Shown: positions 49,344-61,814, counted from the first letter of the stretch. The stretch is DNA of 64,000 nt from Octopus sinensis (GCF_006345805.1 NC_043018.1:3906001-3970000); one strand, 5' to 3'. The notes: generated from the letters alone by a model not told the origin. Translations and numbers: made by a program.

Positions 49344-50236
49344 GTAAGTATGTGTTTTAGGGGTTCACATGATGGTGTCCATGTGCACTCTACTGCTTAT
49401 TGGAATTGGTGGGATGGAACCAGTGTTGTTGGTGTTGATGTTGTTTAGTCAACCTGAGATTGGTTCTGCTACAAAAGAATTCTCTTATTTTGGGTTTTGG
49501 TAAGTGCAGGTATGGTCGTGTTGTTAAAGAGCTTGCTTCCTGACCATCCCTGTCTTGGGTTCGGTTCCACTACTTGGCCACCTTGAGAAACTGTCTTCTA
49601 TTATAGCTTCTGGCTAACCAATGCTATGTGAGTGGATTTGGTAGGTGGAAGAAGCACTGGTGCTGGTGCCAAAACAATGGTGATGGTAGAAAGTAAGCCA
49701 ACACAGACTAACGAACCTGGTGCAGCTCTCCAGCCTTGCCAACTCCTGTCAAACCATCCAACCCATTGCCAGCATTGGAAAACAGATGTTAAATGATAAT
49801 GATGTTGATGATGATGAAACTGAAAGAAGCCTGTTTTGTATATTTATATACGTGTATGTATGTGTGTGTATACACTTGTCTTAATATCATGTAATGGTTG
49901 TAAACAAGATTCATTGTCATTTAAGAGGTGTTGTTCATTTCCAGTCTTCTGTGGGAAACATGTTGGGCCATGGGGAGATATTTCCTTGCTTGGAAAGAAG
50001 TAAGGGTTGGCAACAGGAGAGGCACCCAACTGTAGCAAATCTGCCTCAACAAATTCCTTCTGATCCATTCAAGCATGAAAAAGTGGACATCATTGATTTA
50101 AGTATTTTTGTACACACACACACACACACACACACAGTAGGCTTTGGCCGGCCCAAGATTAGAGTGAAAGACAAGCCCAAAGTGTCACACAATGGGACTG
50201 AACCTGGAACCATGTGGCTGAAAAGCAAGCTTCTTC

Positions 50237-50270
<34 letters not shown>

Positions 50271-50444
50271 TGTGTATAGAGACGACTATCACTTCTCCAC
50301 TTCTGACAGTTGTGGTAAGAACCACATGGTTCCGGGCTCAGTCCCACTGCGTGGTACCTTGGGCAAATGTTTTCTACTATAGTCTTGGGCCAACCAAAAC
50401 CTTGTGAGTGGATCAGGGAGACGGAAACTGAAAGAAGCCCGTCG

Positions 50445-50483
<39 letters not shown>

Positions 50484-50858
50484 ATGTGTTTGTCCCCCAC
50501 CATTGCTTGACACCGATGTTGGTCTGTTTACCTCCTCGTAACTTAGCGGTTCGGCAAAAGAGATCGATAGAATAAGTATTAGGCTTACAAAGCATAAGTC
50601 CTGGGGTTGATTTGTTCGACTAAAGGCGCTGCTCCAGCATGGCCGCAGTCAGTTGACTGAAGCAAGTAAAAGAATATGAAGAAATAGTTTGAAACAAGGT
50701 ACGTAACTCTTTCGCATTGCAAGAGTTATCTTATCTTGTTGAAATTCTGCCCTTACACAAAACATCTCGCGCACACTCTTTTATATAAACACACACACAC
50801 ACACACACTCTGTAATACTCTCACCTCCACAGTCTTTATCCCCCCCTCTCTCTTACAG

Positions 50859-50958
50859 ACCAGTCTGTGATCCGTTCCATCCGTCGTTGTCAACAGATCC
50901 ATCGCTTGATTTATGTAACTTGTCGACCTGTCGGGAACACCATCAAGAATTTTATGGA
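50859..50958 (+). CDS. TRMT2B: TRMT2B-like exon 12: (N)QSVIRSIRRCQQIHRLIYVTCRPVGNTIKNFM(D)
   Basis: Acceptor ctcttacag, donor GA|GTGAGT, 100 nt. Contains the catalytic Cys motif YVTC (family YVSC). Confidence 0.95.
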
Positions 50959-51819
50959 GTGAGTATTGACATTAACACTAATGAGCCCTCTCTCCCTCCC
51001 TCCCTCCCTCCCTCCCCTCCCTTCCTTCCTCCCCTTCCTCCCTCTCTCTCTCCCTCCCTCCCTCTCTCCCTCCCTCCCTAGTGACGGAACTTAGACGGGT
51101 GTGATGTTGGTAAGCATTTTGCCTGGTTTGTTAGCAATTCTGCCAGTTTTTGCCGCCTTCAGACAACTGCAAAGATTTTTAACCAACCAAGAGACAGATT
51201 TGAAGCAGATCAGGAGAAGTGAGGGCATACAATTGAAGAGGTTGTGAATGGTGATGCTTGGACAAACAACCGACTGATTGATTAACCGACTGATTAAGCA
51301 AGCAATCAATTAACCAACCATCTGACTAATAACAAAGAAGTGAAACTAAACCAGTGCATGTGTATAATGACCCTCCCAAGATACAACAAATATTATTATT
51401 CTTATTCAAACTATTAAACCAATGCCTCCCATTAAGTGGCACCAATTATTATCTAACCCCCTCTCCCCACTGGTCAAGTCCCAGCTCTCTCAGAAGAATT
51501 AAAGGCAAAGCTGAGATGAGTTCAGGATTTGAACTTGGAACACACAGGAATATTGGACTGATTCCTTAGTTAACAACTTTGAGAAGGCTGAAAGATAAAA
51601 GTCAATCATGGCAAGATTTGAACTCAGTATAACGAGGTGTCTCTAAACAGCATGGTTTTATTTTAGTTTTTTTTTCTGACATTTTACTGATTCTGCTACG
51701 CATGAAAGAAGTTGCTAAAATATTTATGCAGGAAGTTTTAGTGTCAAGTCTCGTGAAAAAACCACATCTAACTACCAGAAAATTTGTGACCTTGTGCTTG
51801 TGTCAATACCTCCTTCCCA

Positions 51820-52519
51820 CTCCACCTACTTATCTCCCTCCATCTCTCCTTCCTCCCTACACACCTTCCTACATACCTATCTACCTACCACCCTGCATCA
51901 CTACATCTCTCCCTACCTACCCACCCACTCACCCACCTACCTACCTACCTCCCCCCTCTCTCCTGCATCACATCTCTCCCTACCTACCTACCTACTTGCC
52001 TGCCTACCTAACTACCTACCTACCTACCTACCTACATGCCTACCTACCCACCTACATGCCTACCTACCCACTCACCTACATATCTACCTACCTACCTACC
52101 TACCTGCCTACCTACCTACATACCTACATATCTACCTACCTCCTGCATCACCACATCTCTCCCTACCTACCTGCCTGCCTACCTACCTACCTACCTACCT
52201 GCCTACCTGCCTACCTACCTACCTACCTACCTGCCTACCTGCCTACATACCTACCTACCTACCTACCTCCTGCATCACCACATCTCTCCCTACCTACCTA
52301 CCTACCTACCTACCTACATGCCTACCTACATGCCTACCTACCTACCTACCTACCTACCTACCTACCTACCTACCAACCTACCTACCTACCTTCCTACCTA
52401 CCTACCTACCTACCTACCTACCTACCTACCTACCTACCTACCTACCTACCTACCTGCCTACCTACCTACCTACTTACCTACCCACCTGCCTACCTACCTG
52501 CCTACCTACCTACCTACCC
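51820..52519. repeat. (CTAC)n compound microsatellite, about 700 bp, in the last TRMT2B intron
   Basis: CCTA repeats with recurring CTCCTGCATCACCACATCTCTCC interruptions. Confidence 0.95.
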
Positions 52520-52563
52520 ATGTGTGTATAGTTATTTATTTGAAATATGTTCATTGTTTGCAG

Positions 52564-52684
52564 TTTGTGCTGTCCTCCCAATGAAAAACTTCCTGGGGAG
52601 CCATTCTCTCCCACTCGTGCTGTGCCTGTAGATATGTTTCCTCACACTGTCCATTGTGAATTAGTTGTGGTCTTTGAAAGGTGA
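52564..52684 (+). CDS. TRMT2B: TRMT2B-like exon 13 (last): (D)[39 protein letters not shown]
   Basis: Acceptor tttgcag, TGA at 52682-52684. LCCPP...GEPF...AVPVDxFPHTxHCE C-terminus. Exon lengths sum to 1428 nt (475 aa plus stop). Confidence 0.96.
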
Positions 52685-53235
52685 AGGAAGCCCTACCAAG
52701 ATGAAGATATATGAACGCCTGATGTCAAGGTGAAAGTATACAAGCAATCTGGAGCTGTTTTTGAAGTCAGTTAAAAGTGGATCATTTTCTAAAGTTAAAC
52801 TAAGCCAAACCTGTTAAAGAGAAAATGAAACTGTGATACTTGTCAAAGTAAAACTTTGTCATTTGTCAAAGTGAGACCATCATTTGTCATTTCATTTGAA
52901 AACGAAACTGTCAAAACAAAAAGTATGTCACTTGTCAAAGTGAAAGTTGATCATTCGTTCAAGTAAAACTGAATCAAGTGTCAAAATGATCTCAGGTCAC
53001 TCGTCAAATTGAAACTATAATTTGTTGAAATTTGTTGATTCTGTGTTACTTGTCAATATGAAACTAAAACTATGTCACTTGTCAAAGTGAGATCCTGTCA
53101 CTTGTCAATGTGAAACTGAACTCCTTGGCCGTTGTATGCTTCTCAACTGTTCTATATCAGTGAATATGTTGACATGTCTCTCATAAGCATTTCCTAATTC
53201 TGTTGTCATTTGTTTGACATTCACTGAAGATTTCA

Positions 53236-53265
53236 AATAAACTTTGCATTAATATCACAAATAAA
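53236..53265 (+). terminator. Candidate polyadenylation signals for TRMT2B
   Basis: AATAAA at 53236-53241 and 53260-53265, about 550-580 nt after the stop, followed by a U-rich stretch. Confidence 0.5.
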
Positions 53266-53634
53266 CGTTTCACAACTGTTTTTTTTTTCTTGCTATATAT
53301 TAATCCTTTAAATCTAAAACATGTTTCTATAACAATCTCTTTAATCATTATCCTACATTTGTAGTTGTTGCTGTTGGCAGTGGTTTTGTTGTTGTTTAGC
53401 CACTGGTGAAACCTGGTCACACAGGACTGTTGATCAGAGATGTTCCAGCCATGACCATCTTGTCATGAGACACAGAGTGTCTTGAACCAAATGATCTATT
53501 CTGAAGGTTACAGGGCGCTCAACGACACATCCTTGAGTTTTAAATGTGTTGTTGTTTAACCCTGGGTCAATCCTATGGAACAACTCGATGATCATAGCTG
53601 TTTCAGCTGCCACATTCGACTCTTTTATTCATTA

Positions 53635-53726
53635 GCATAGGAGTGGCTGTGTGGTAAGTAGCATGCTTCCGAACCACAGGGTTCTGGGTTCAGTCCCACT
53701 GCGTGGCACCTTGGGCAAGTGTCTTC

Positions 53727-53777
<51 letters not shown>

Positions 53778-54030
53778 TATATATAGATATATATGTGTGT
53801 GTGTGTGTATGTGTATATGTTTGTGTGTCTGTGTTTGTCCCCCCAACTTCGCTTCACAACCGATGACGGTGTGTTTATGTCCCCGTAACTTAGCGGTTCG
53901 GCAAAAGAGAGCGATAGAATAAGTACTAGGTTGCCAAAGAATAAGTCCTGGGGTCGATTTGCTCGATTAAAGGCGGTGCCCCAGCATGGCCACAGTCAAA
54001 TGACCGAAACAAGTAAAAGAAATAAAAGAG
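53635..54030 (+). mobile_element. tRNA-derived composite SINE family 1 (representative copy)
   Basis: A/B-box head, ccttgggcaagt core-like motif, internal microsatellite, tail ggcggtgccccagcatggcc. Other copies at about 1243-1600(-), 5565-5948(-), 7662-7938, 21459-21890, 24050-24290(-), 45220-45540(-), 45645-45925, 50310-50675, 55285-55830, 57405-57790(-). Confidence 0.9.
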
Positions 54031-54065
54031 AAATATACAAAGACTGATAAAAAAGTACCGGGTCT

Positions 54066-54079
54066 GTTGCTATGGTAAC
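54066..54079. promoter_or_regulatory. RFX X-box
   Basis: GTTGCTATGGTAAC in unique, CpG-rich sequence. Confidence 0.6.
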
Positions 54080-56598
54080 GACGTTAAAGTACACAGATTG
54101 ACCTTGAACGCTGTCACACGTGCAAACCGAGTTACAACATTATAATGTTCTCACTCGCTTCTGTCGTGTATAACAGTGCTTGGGTGTAAAGCGGGTAGAG
54201 TGTGGCCATCTCACCACACCACAGAGGTTCCATCAGTGACCACGGCAGATAAAATGTGTGTGCAAAGAGACATAGCTTGAAGGTTATTATAGCCAAGAGT
54301 CTTTGCAAAAATCAAATCCCAGCTATGTTGGAACAAGTTGTATGGTGGATGAGATACAAAATCTGAAGACAGACCCTTTCCTCTCTGTGTGGCGAGGAAG
54401 CGCAGTAGAGAGGAATGTACTACTGCGTTGCAGAGCAGTAAATTTTCTGAAATGAGGAAATTCGAGAAAAGACCGAAGCGAATTTTGACAAGGCTTGCGA
54501 TTTCAGGGGTGGGTGTTAGTCACTTAGATCGCCCCCAGTGCTTAGCTGGTGTTTATTTTATCGATCCTGGACAGATGGAAGGTAAAGTCAACCTGGTTAG
54601 AATTTGGACTCAGAACACAAAGACAAACGAAGTTCCGCTAAGCATTTTGTTCGGCTAAATTTCCCCTATTTTCACTTAGAAATACTATAATCTTGCAAGT
54701 AGTTTAGAAAGTAAGGGAAGCTACTGCTTATCAAGGGAAATAATTTAAGCACGGGAGGCTACTCTGCGAGTGAAGCTTTAGTCTAACATTCTTTTCTACT
54801 TTAGGCACAAAGCACGAAATTTGGGTGGAGAGAGTCAGTCGATAAGGTCGGCTCCAGTACGCATCTGGTACTTAATTTATCGGCCTCGAAAGGATAAAAG
54901 GCAAAGTCAACCTCGACGGAATTTGAACTCAGAACGTAAAGACAGACGAAATACCTATTTCTTTACTACCCAAAGAGGGGCTAAACACAGAGAGGACAAA
55001 CAAGGACAGACAAACGGATTAAGTCGATTACATCGACCCCAGTGCGTAACTGGTACTTATTTAATCGACTCCGAAACGATGAGAGACAAAGTTGACCTCG
55101 GCGGAATTTGAACTTAGAACGTAGCGGCAGACGAAATACGGCTACGCATTTCGCCCGGCGTGCTAACGTTTCTGCCAGCTCGCCGCCTTAGTCTAATAGT
55201 AAACACCACCCCTCAATGTAATGGTTGCTATTGTATTTTTATATATATATATTTTTTTTTTTTCACTTTTTGATTAGCTTAGCTAAAAATCCATGTGTGG
55301 TCAGAAACTTGCTTCTCAACCACATGGTTCCAGGTTCAGTCCCACAGCGTGGCATCTTGAAAATCTGTCTTCTGCTATAACCCCGAGCCGACCAAAGCGA
55401 TGTCAGCGTATTTGGCAGTTGGAAACTTAAAGAAGCCCGTCGTATGTATGTATGTATGTACGTATGTATGCATGCTTGCATGCATGTATGTATGTATGTA
55501 TGTATGTATGCATGCATGCATGTATGTATGTATGTATGTATGTATGCATGCATGCATGCATGCATGTGTGCATGCATGCATGTATGTATTTATGTATGTA
55601 TGCATGTATGTATGTATGTATATATGTACGTGTGTGTGTGTGTATGTATGTATGTATGTATGCATGTATGTATGTATGTATGTATGTACGTGTGCGCGCG
55701 TGCGCATGTATCTTTGTACCACTGTTTAACAACTGGTGTTGGTTTGTTTATGTCCTCGTAGCCTAGCACTTCAGCAAAGTACACCGATAAAATAAGTATC
55801 AGTCTTAAAAAAATAAGTACCAGGGTTAATTTGTTCGACATCCCTTTCAGCTATAAAAGGGCCGATAAAATAAAGTACCAGTTAAATACTGGGGATAATT
55901 CAATCGACTGAGACCCTCGCTGGGATCTCTTTCTTTGCTGGAAGTAGGGTTGGGAGAGGGCAGAATCGTTGCGGCTCCGGATAAAATGAATGGGATTCTT
56001 CGGATTCTTTACGTTCTGAGTTCAAATGTCGTCGAAGTCGACTTTGCCTTTCCTCGTTTCGGGGCCATTAAAATAAGTACCCGTTGAGCATTGGTGTTGA
56101 TGTAATCAGCAAGCCCCCACCCCAAACATTTCAGGCCTTGTGCGTATACTAGAAAGAATTATGTGTTATAGAAATTAGCAGAATGGTTAGTGTCGGACAA
56201 AATGCCTTTCATAATTTCTTCCTTGAGTTGTCACGCCGGATAAAATGCTTTACGACATTTCGTCCGTCTGAACGTTCTGAGTTCAAATTCAACCTGGGTC
56301 GACTTTGTCTTTCATTGTTTCGGGGGGGGGGTGTCGTTAAAATAAGAACCCGTTGAGCACCGGGGTTGATGTAATCGGTAAGGCCCCTCCCCTAAACCTT
56401 TCAGGACGTGTTTTATGACGGAATCGTCAGTGTCGGACTAAATGCCAAGTTGGCACACCGGATAAAATGCTTAGAGGCATTTCGTCCGTCTTTAGGTCAT
56501 AAGATCAAATCCCGCCGAGGTCGACTTTGCCTGTCATCGTTTCGGGGTCATTAAAATAAGTACCAGTTGAACAGTAGGGTTGATGTAAGCGATTAACC

Positions 56599-56926
56599 TA
56601 GTGGTTCTCAACTATGTGAGGGTCCACATAAGATTTTGGGGATCCACACAACAAAATGGTTAATTGGGAATCCACAACAGTATTTTGAGGGCCCCAGAAA
56701 AATTTCACTTTCGATGAATGTTTTGATATTACAATAAACAACTGGTTTTTTCTTTCTCTAACATTGAACGTAGTTCAACCTACACAAGTTAACGTTTGAG
56801 AAACAAAATAGGGATTTTTAGAAGTTTCTATAAAACTAGTTTTTAAACATCGAATGGCGATGGGGGTCCACAAGAATAAAAGAGTAATCAAAGGGACTCA
56901 GAGATAAAAATGGCTGGGAACCCCTG
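56599..56926. mobile_element. hAT (Charlie-like) element inserted into a SINE
   Basis: Homologous to 22963-23507, degenerate TSD gattaacc/gactagcc. Confidence 0.78.
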
Positions 56927-58326
56927 GACTAGCCCCTTCCATCAAAATTTCAGAACTAGGCTTTACGCTCAGAGTTCAATTCCCGCCGAAGTCAGCCTTA
57001 CCTTTCATCCTGCCCATGGTCAATAAAATAAAACATGAAGCAATTATATAATCGATATTTCTGACCTTGTGACTACGATTATTGTGTGTCAGATGAAAAT
57101 GCTTAGCAGCATTTCTCCACAACTCATTACGTTCTAAGTTCAAATCTCACTGAGGGCAAATTTACCTCCCATCCTTTCATGGGTGGGAGTCGATAAAACA
57201 ATTTCCAGTTTTCCAGCTAAAATTACTGGCTATGAAATTCCAGAATTTGGAACCATGACATGTGTCAGAGACACTGAGGAGGTGTTAAGCCAGGGCTAGC
57301 AGAAGCAGACGTAAGGAGGCAGAAGCAGACGCAAGGAAGCAGAAACAGACATGTCTCCATCGGTTGGCACCGCCGTCTTCATTGTCTTCTGTTTTTTATC
57401 TCGTATTGTTTCACTCATTTGACTGTCACCATGCTGGAGCACCGCCCTCAAGGGTTCTGGCCGAACAAATCGACTCAAGGACTTACTTTATATTTCCTTT
57501 AAAACTTAGTACTTATTCTATCGTTCTCTTTTGCCGAACCGCTAAATTGCAGGGATGTAAACACACCAACACCGATTGTCCAGCGGTGATTGGGGGACAA
57601 ACATAGGCAGAAAGGCACACACACACACACGTCGGGCTTCTTTCAGTTTCCGTCTACTAAGTTCACTCACAAGGGTTTGGTCGGCCCGTAACTATAGTAG
57701 AAGATACTTGCCCAAGGTGCCACGCAGTGGGACTGAACCCGGAACCACGTGGCTGGGAAGCAAACTTCTTACCACACAGCCACGTCTGCATCTAAATTTA
57801 TTTAATCATAACCTAGTTCACAGGGAATTCGAGGTAATTGGCCCCTCTCACTTGCAGGGACTTTTTTAAATAGATTTTTTGCAAGAAAAATACCATCGAT
57901 TGGTTAAATGATGTAAATGACAACGTAGGAACTCGATCTGCTAGAAACAGCAGCCAAAACTCTACTGTATCAAGCACTGTACAATCTTAAATAAACGAAA
58001 GATTTATTGATAGTGTAGTTTGGGTGTACAGTGTGAAAAATAATATTAGATGGTCATGGATGGAATGTGCTTGATCATAAATCTATTTAAACAGAAACAA
58101 ATATATGCACACAGTATTATGCAATGTCTGATGTGAGAATTGAACTAAGGTTCCTTGAGATATCCATGTTCACGTACCTCTCTACCACTTGTCTGTTCAA
58201 TCCTCGGTGAATGTGTGTGTATGTGTGTGTGTGTTTGTGAGTATGTATATAATAGGTACGTATATATATCTATATATAACACACACATAATTACACATAA
58301 TTACACACACACACACACACAAACAA

Positions 58327-59525
58327 ACGGGGTGCATTCAAAATGTATCCGACTGTATTTTCTCCCGCCAAAACTAATGCCGCGTGGGCAAAGTTCTTTG
58401 GGTGAGAGGTGACACCACCCTTCTTATTTATTTTTTAAAAATTTCTTTATTGCCCACAAGGGGCTAAACATAGAGGGGACAAACAAGGACAGACAAAGGG
58501 ATTAAGTCGATTACATCGACCCCAGTGCATAACTGGTACTTAATTTATCGACCCCGAAAGGATGAAAGACAAAGTCGACCTCGGCGGAATTTGAACTCAG
58601 AACGTAACGGCAGACAAAATACCGCTAAGCATTTCACCCGGCGTGCTAACGACTCTGCCAGCCCGCCGCCTTCACCACCCTTCTTGCCGCCGACACCACC
58701 CTTCTTGCCACCGACACCACCCTTCTTGCCGCCGACACCACCCTTCTTGCGCGTATGTGAAAACTTTCGCGCCGGGAGGCCGCGTCAGCTCCCGGCAGTT
58801 ACGCCTAGAGTACAGACGTGTAGTGTGCGCTCGTCCGATTTTCGTTTTCCCGAATCGGGCAGAGATATTGCCTCATGTTTTGCTAAAAGCTTGGTGATAC
58901 ACAGGCTCTAACAGAAGATTCTTCTGGTCTTTGGTTATGATGCCATGGGCAAAACTCAGATCAACGAGTGGTACAACCGCTTCAGCCATGGCCACATCTC
59001 AGTAGAGAGCGAGAGACGTTCAGGCGGGCCATGCGCAAGCCGAAACGAGGAACCGATTGAGAAGGTTCAGTGAATGGTCATGAAAGACCGTTGTGTAACA
59101 ACGCAGGAAATTGCTCACGAAGTGGGAATAAGCACAGGATGTATGCATTTCATTTTAGCGGAGGATTTGTGCATGCGGAGTGTGTCGACGAAAACCCTAA
59201 AGTGCTGGCGGAGTAGCAGAAGCAACTCAGCATGGAAAGTGGTCAAGCGGTGCTGGTCTGTGCAAACCACAACCCAGACTTCAAGATGACCATCACCACT
59301 GGTGAGGAGACATGGGTTTATGGCGTCTTGCGAGAAAACGAGAAAATCCGACGAGCGCTAACAACATGCCTGTACTCCTGGTGTAACATATGCGGCCTAT
59401 CGGGACGAAAATCTTCACGCATGCGCAGGAAGGGTGGCATCATCTCTCGCCCAAAGGATTTTTCCCACGTGACATTTGATTTGGCGAGAAAAACAAAGTC
59501 GGATACTTTTAGAACGCAACTCATA
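58327..59525 (+). mobile_element. Mariner relic with SINE insertion
   Basis: TIRs ending ...aaa(t/a)gtatccgact at both ends, frameshifted QRYCxxFCxKLGDT and VMKDRCVTTQEIAHEVGISTG (HTH). Confidence 0.85.
58426..58672 (-). mobile_element. tRNA-derived SINE family 2, young full-length copy
   Basis: ggcggcg.gctggcag...gttctgagttcaaattccgccgaggtcgactttg...aagtacc body, TSD CACCACCCTTCTT. Other copies at about 2520, 20370, 30440, 32740, 47370, 54480-55190, 55940-57200 (cluster), 60840, 61460. Confidence 0.9.
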
Positions 59526-59580
59526 TGCACACACAGACACACAGACACAATATACAAACACACACACACACAGGTGCACG

Positions 59581-59644
<64 letters not shown>

Positions 59645-59669
59645 CATATATATATATATATATATATAT

Positions 59670-59862
59670 CGGGGAGAATTCACAAAAAAACAACAAAAGA
59701 CGAAGACAGGTGGTGTAGACAACAAACAGGTGTATTAGTTTAACGCTCGGGAAGTGAAAAAGTCTTTAACATTTCAAGCCTACGCTCTTCCACAGAAAGA
59801 AACAAGGAGAGAAAATAAAGAGAGAAAATAAAGGATGTGTAGTGGTTAGCGATCTATCATGG

Positions 59863-59864
<2 letters not shown>
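59670..59864 (-). mobile_element. Penelope-type pLTR-like solo element in (TA)n, copy 2
   Basis: Colinear with 17567-17776, (TA)n on both flanks. Confidence 0.65.
59763..59800 (-). ncRNA. Second copy of the CUGUGGA hammerhead fold (more decayed)
   Basis: TCTTT-CTGTGGA-A-GAGC-GTAG-GCTT-GAAAT-GTT-AAAGA. Confidence 0.55.
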
Positions 59865-59919
<55 letters not shown>

Positions 59920-60064
59920 AAAAATGGTAAATAATTTTTCTGTGGTTTTTCATATAACCAACAATTATTTACGGGTAAATTTCGGTATGTAAATATGACA
60001 AATTCATCGTCAGGAACTTTGTAAGGTTCAGTATATAGTAAAGCTAATAAAAAGGGCTAGCAAC

Positions 60065-60252
60065 AGGCTGCTTCGCCGCATACCGAAGGAATTAGAAATG
60101 GCAGTCAAAGACTGTTTTTTCCATTTTCTGTAAGTGGATATTCCAAAGTGAACCGCAGGTCCTTCGTTTTTGGAATCTCCACTTACAGAAAATGGAAAAA
60201 AACAGTCTTTGACTGCCATTTCTAATTCCTTCGGTATGCGGTGAAGCAGCCT
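60065..60252. repeat. Long inverted repeat (about 83-bp arms, 21-nt loop)
   Basis: Arms differ at two positions plus one homopolymer length, followed by (TA)n. Confidence 0.92.
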
Positions 60253-61055
60253 ATATATATATATATATATATATATATCAGTAGCTCATGTCCGAAAAAG
60301 AAGCACACTGCAAGACATTAGAGCAGCAGTATGTTTCGAAAGATGTTTGTTATGGCAGGTCAGAGAGTGACCATTGCTTTCGCACCTACAACGCATACTC
60401 ACACATACACGTATGCGCACGCAAACTACGCACAACAACTAAACACCACACACACACACACACAATACTTTGCACTAATCTAGAAACACACTCAGAAACA
60501 TAGACACCCCCACATACTTATACGCACACACACACACATGTTGGTAAATTGACATTACCCAACGGAATATGAGACTAAACTCTCTTTCCCAGTCAATATC
60601 TTGTTACAGAGGTGTTCTTGAACCAGATATTTCACACCAATTTCGCTGCTAACAGTAAATTTATGATCAGAGGTCACTGTTTTAACACCAGGCACACAGC
60701 GCAATTGATCGGTGATGGGTTGGTTGGCGAGTGGTAGGGCCTTTCATTAAAGTTAACCCTTTTTATCAATCGGCACTGAATTTCGAACCCGAATTCTTCT
60801 CAGTGGAAGAAAAGATGAACCAATCTTCATAATATCGGTTTCAAATTTTGGCACAAGGCCAGCAATTTTGGGAGCAGGGATGAAGTCGACTACATTGACC
60901 CCAGTACTCGACTGGTATGTAGTTTATCGACGCCGAAAGGATGAAAGGAAAAGTCAACCTTGGTGGAATTTGAATTCTAAACGTAAAGAGCCGGAAGGAA
61001 TATCACTAAGCATTTGTTTCCGGTCTGCTAACCATTCTGCTTGCTCACCAACTCC

Positions 61056-61101
<46 letters not shown>

Positions 61102-61732
61102 GTGGGGGAGCATCATAGCCATGTATTGAGAGGGATTCTTTGGGGTTTGGATAATTCACCTTTGGAAACATGGGTGGTTCGTTCAACATCCTCAAACAAT
61201 CCTTATTCAGGGACCTTTTGAGCGGCATGGGCTACTCGACCTGAAGAAAATTCTAACTGGGCCCCACCTGCAAGGTCATGTGCTGTTTATCTTGATATGA
61301 GATCACCGTGTCGCGCACATATGGTTGTGATGCATGTGCCTGGTGTACCCTTATCAGACGGGTAGTCATGATGGGTATATTGGGCTTCGTATATTTCACC
61401 CCAGTGTCACTTTGATGTCAATGATAATAATAATAATAATAATAATAATAATCCTTTCTTCAAGGCCTGAAATTTTGGGGAATGTGTAACTCGATTACAT
61501 CGACCCCAGTATTTCACTGGTACTTATTTCATCGACCGCGAAAGGATGAAAGGCAAAGTCGACCTCGGCGGAATTTGAACTCAGAACGTAAAGGCGGACG
61601 AAATGCCGCTAAGCATTGCGTGTGGCGCCCTAGCCAATCTGCCAGGGGGTCGCCTTGATAATAATAGTAATAATAATGATAATAATAACAATAATAATAA
61701 TAATAATAACAACAGTCATTGTCATCATCATA

Positions 61733-61765
<33 letters not shown>

Positions 61766-61766
61766 G

Positions 61767-61814
<48 letters not shown>

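Noticed and set aside
51702-52631. 309-aa (PTYL)n ORF
   Set aside because: (CTAC)n microsatellite in the last TRMT2B intron. The true exon starts at 52564 in a different frame.
21031-52684. Calling the methyltransferase TRMT2A
   Set aside because: It lacks the N-terminal RRM region and DPPR motif recalled for TRMT2A, and has a presequence-like start plus VVNPxR and LCCPP.
58673-58750. CRISPR-like array (also the 62-, 34- and 29-bp repeats)
   Set aside because: Direct tandem units without unique spacers, no cas genes, eukaryotic context.
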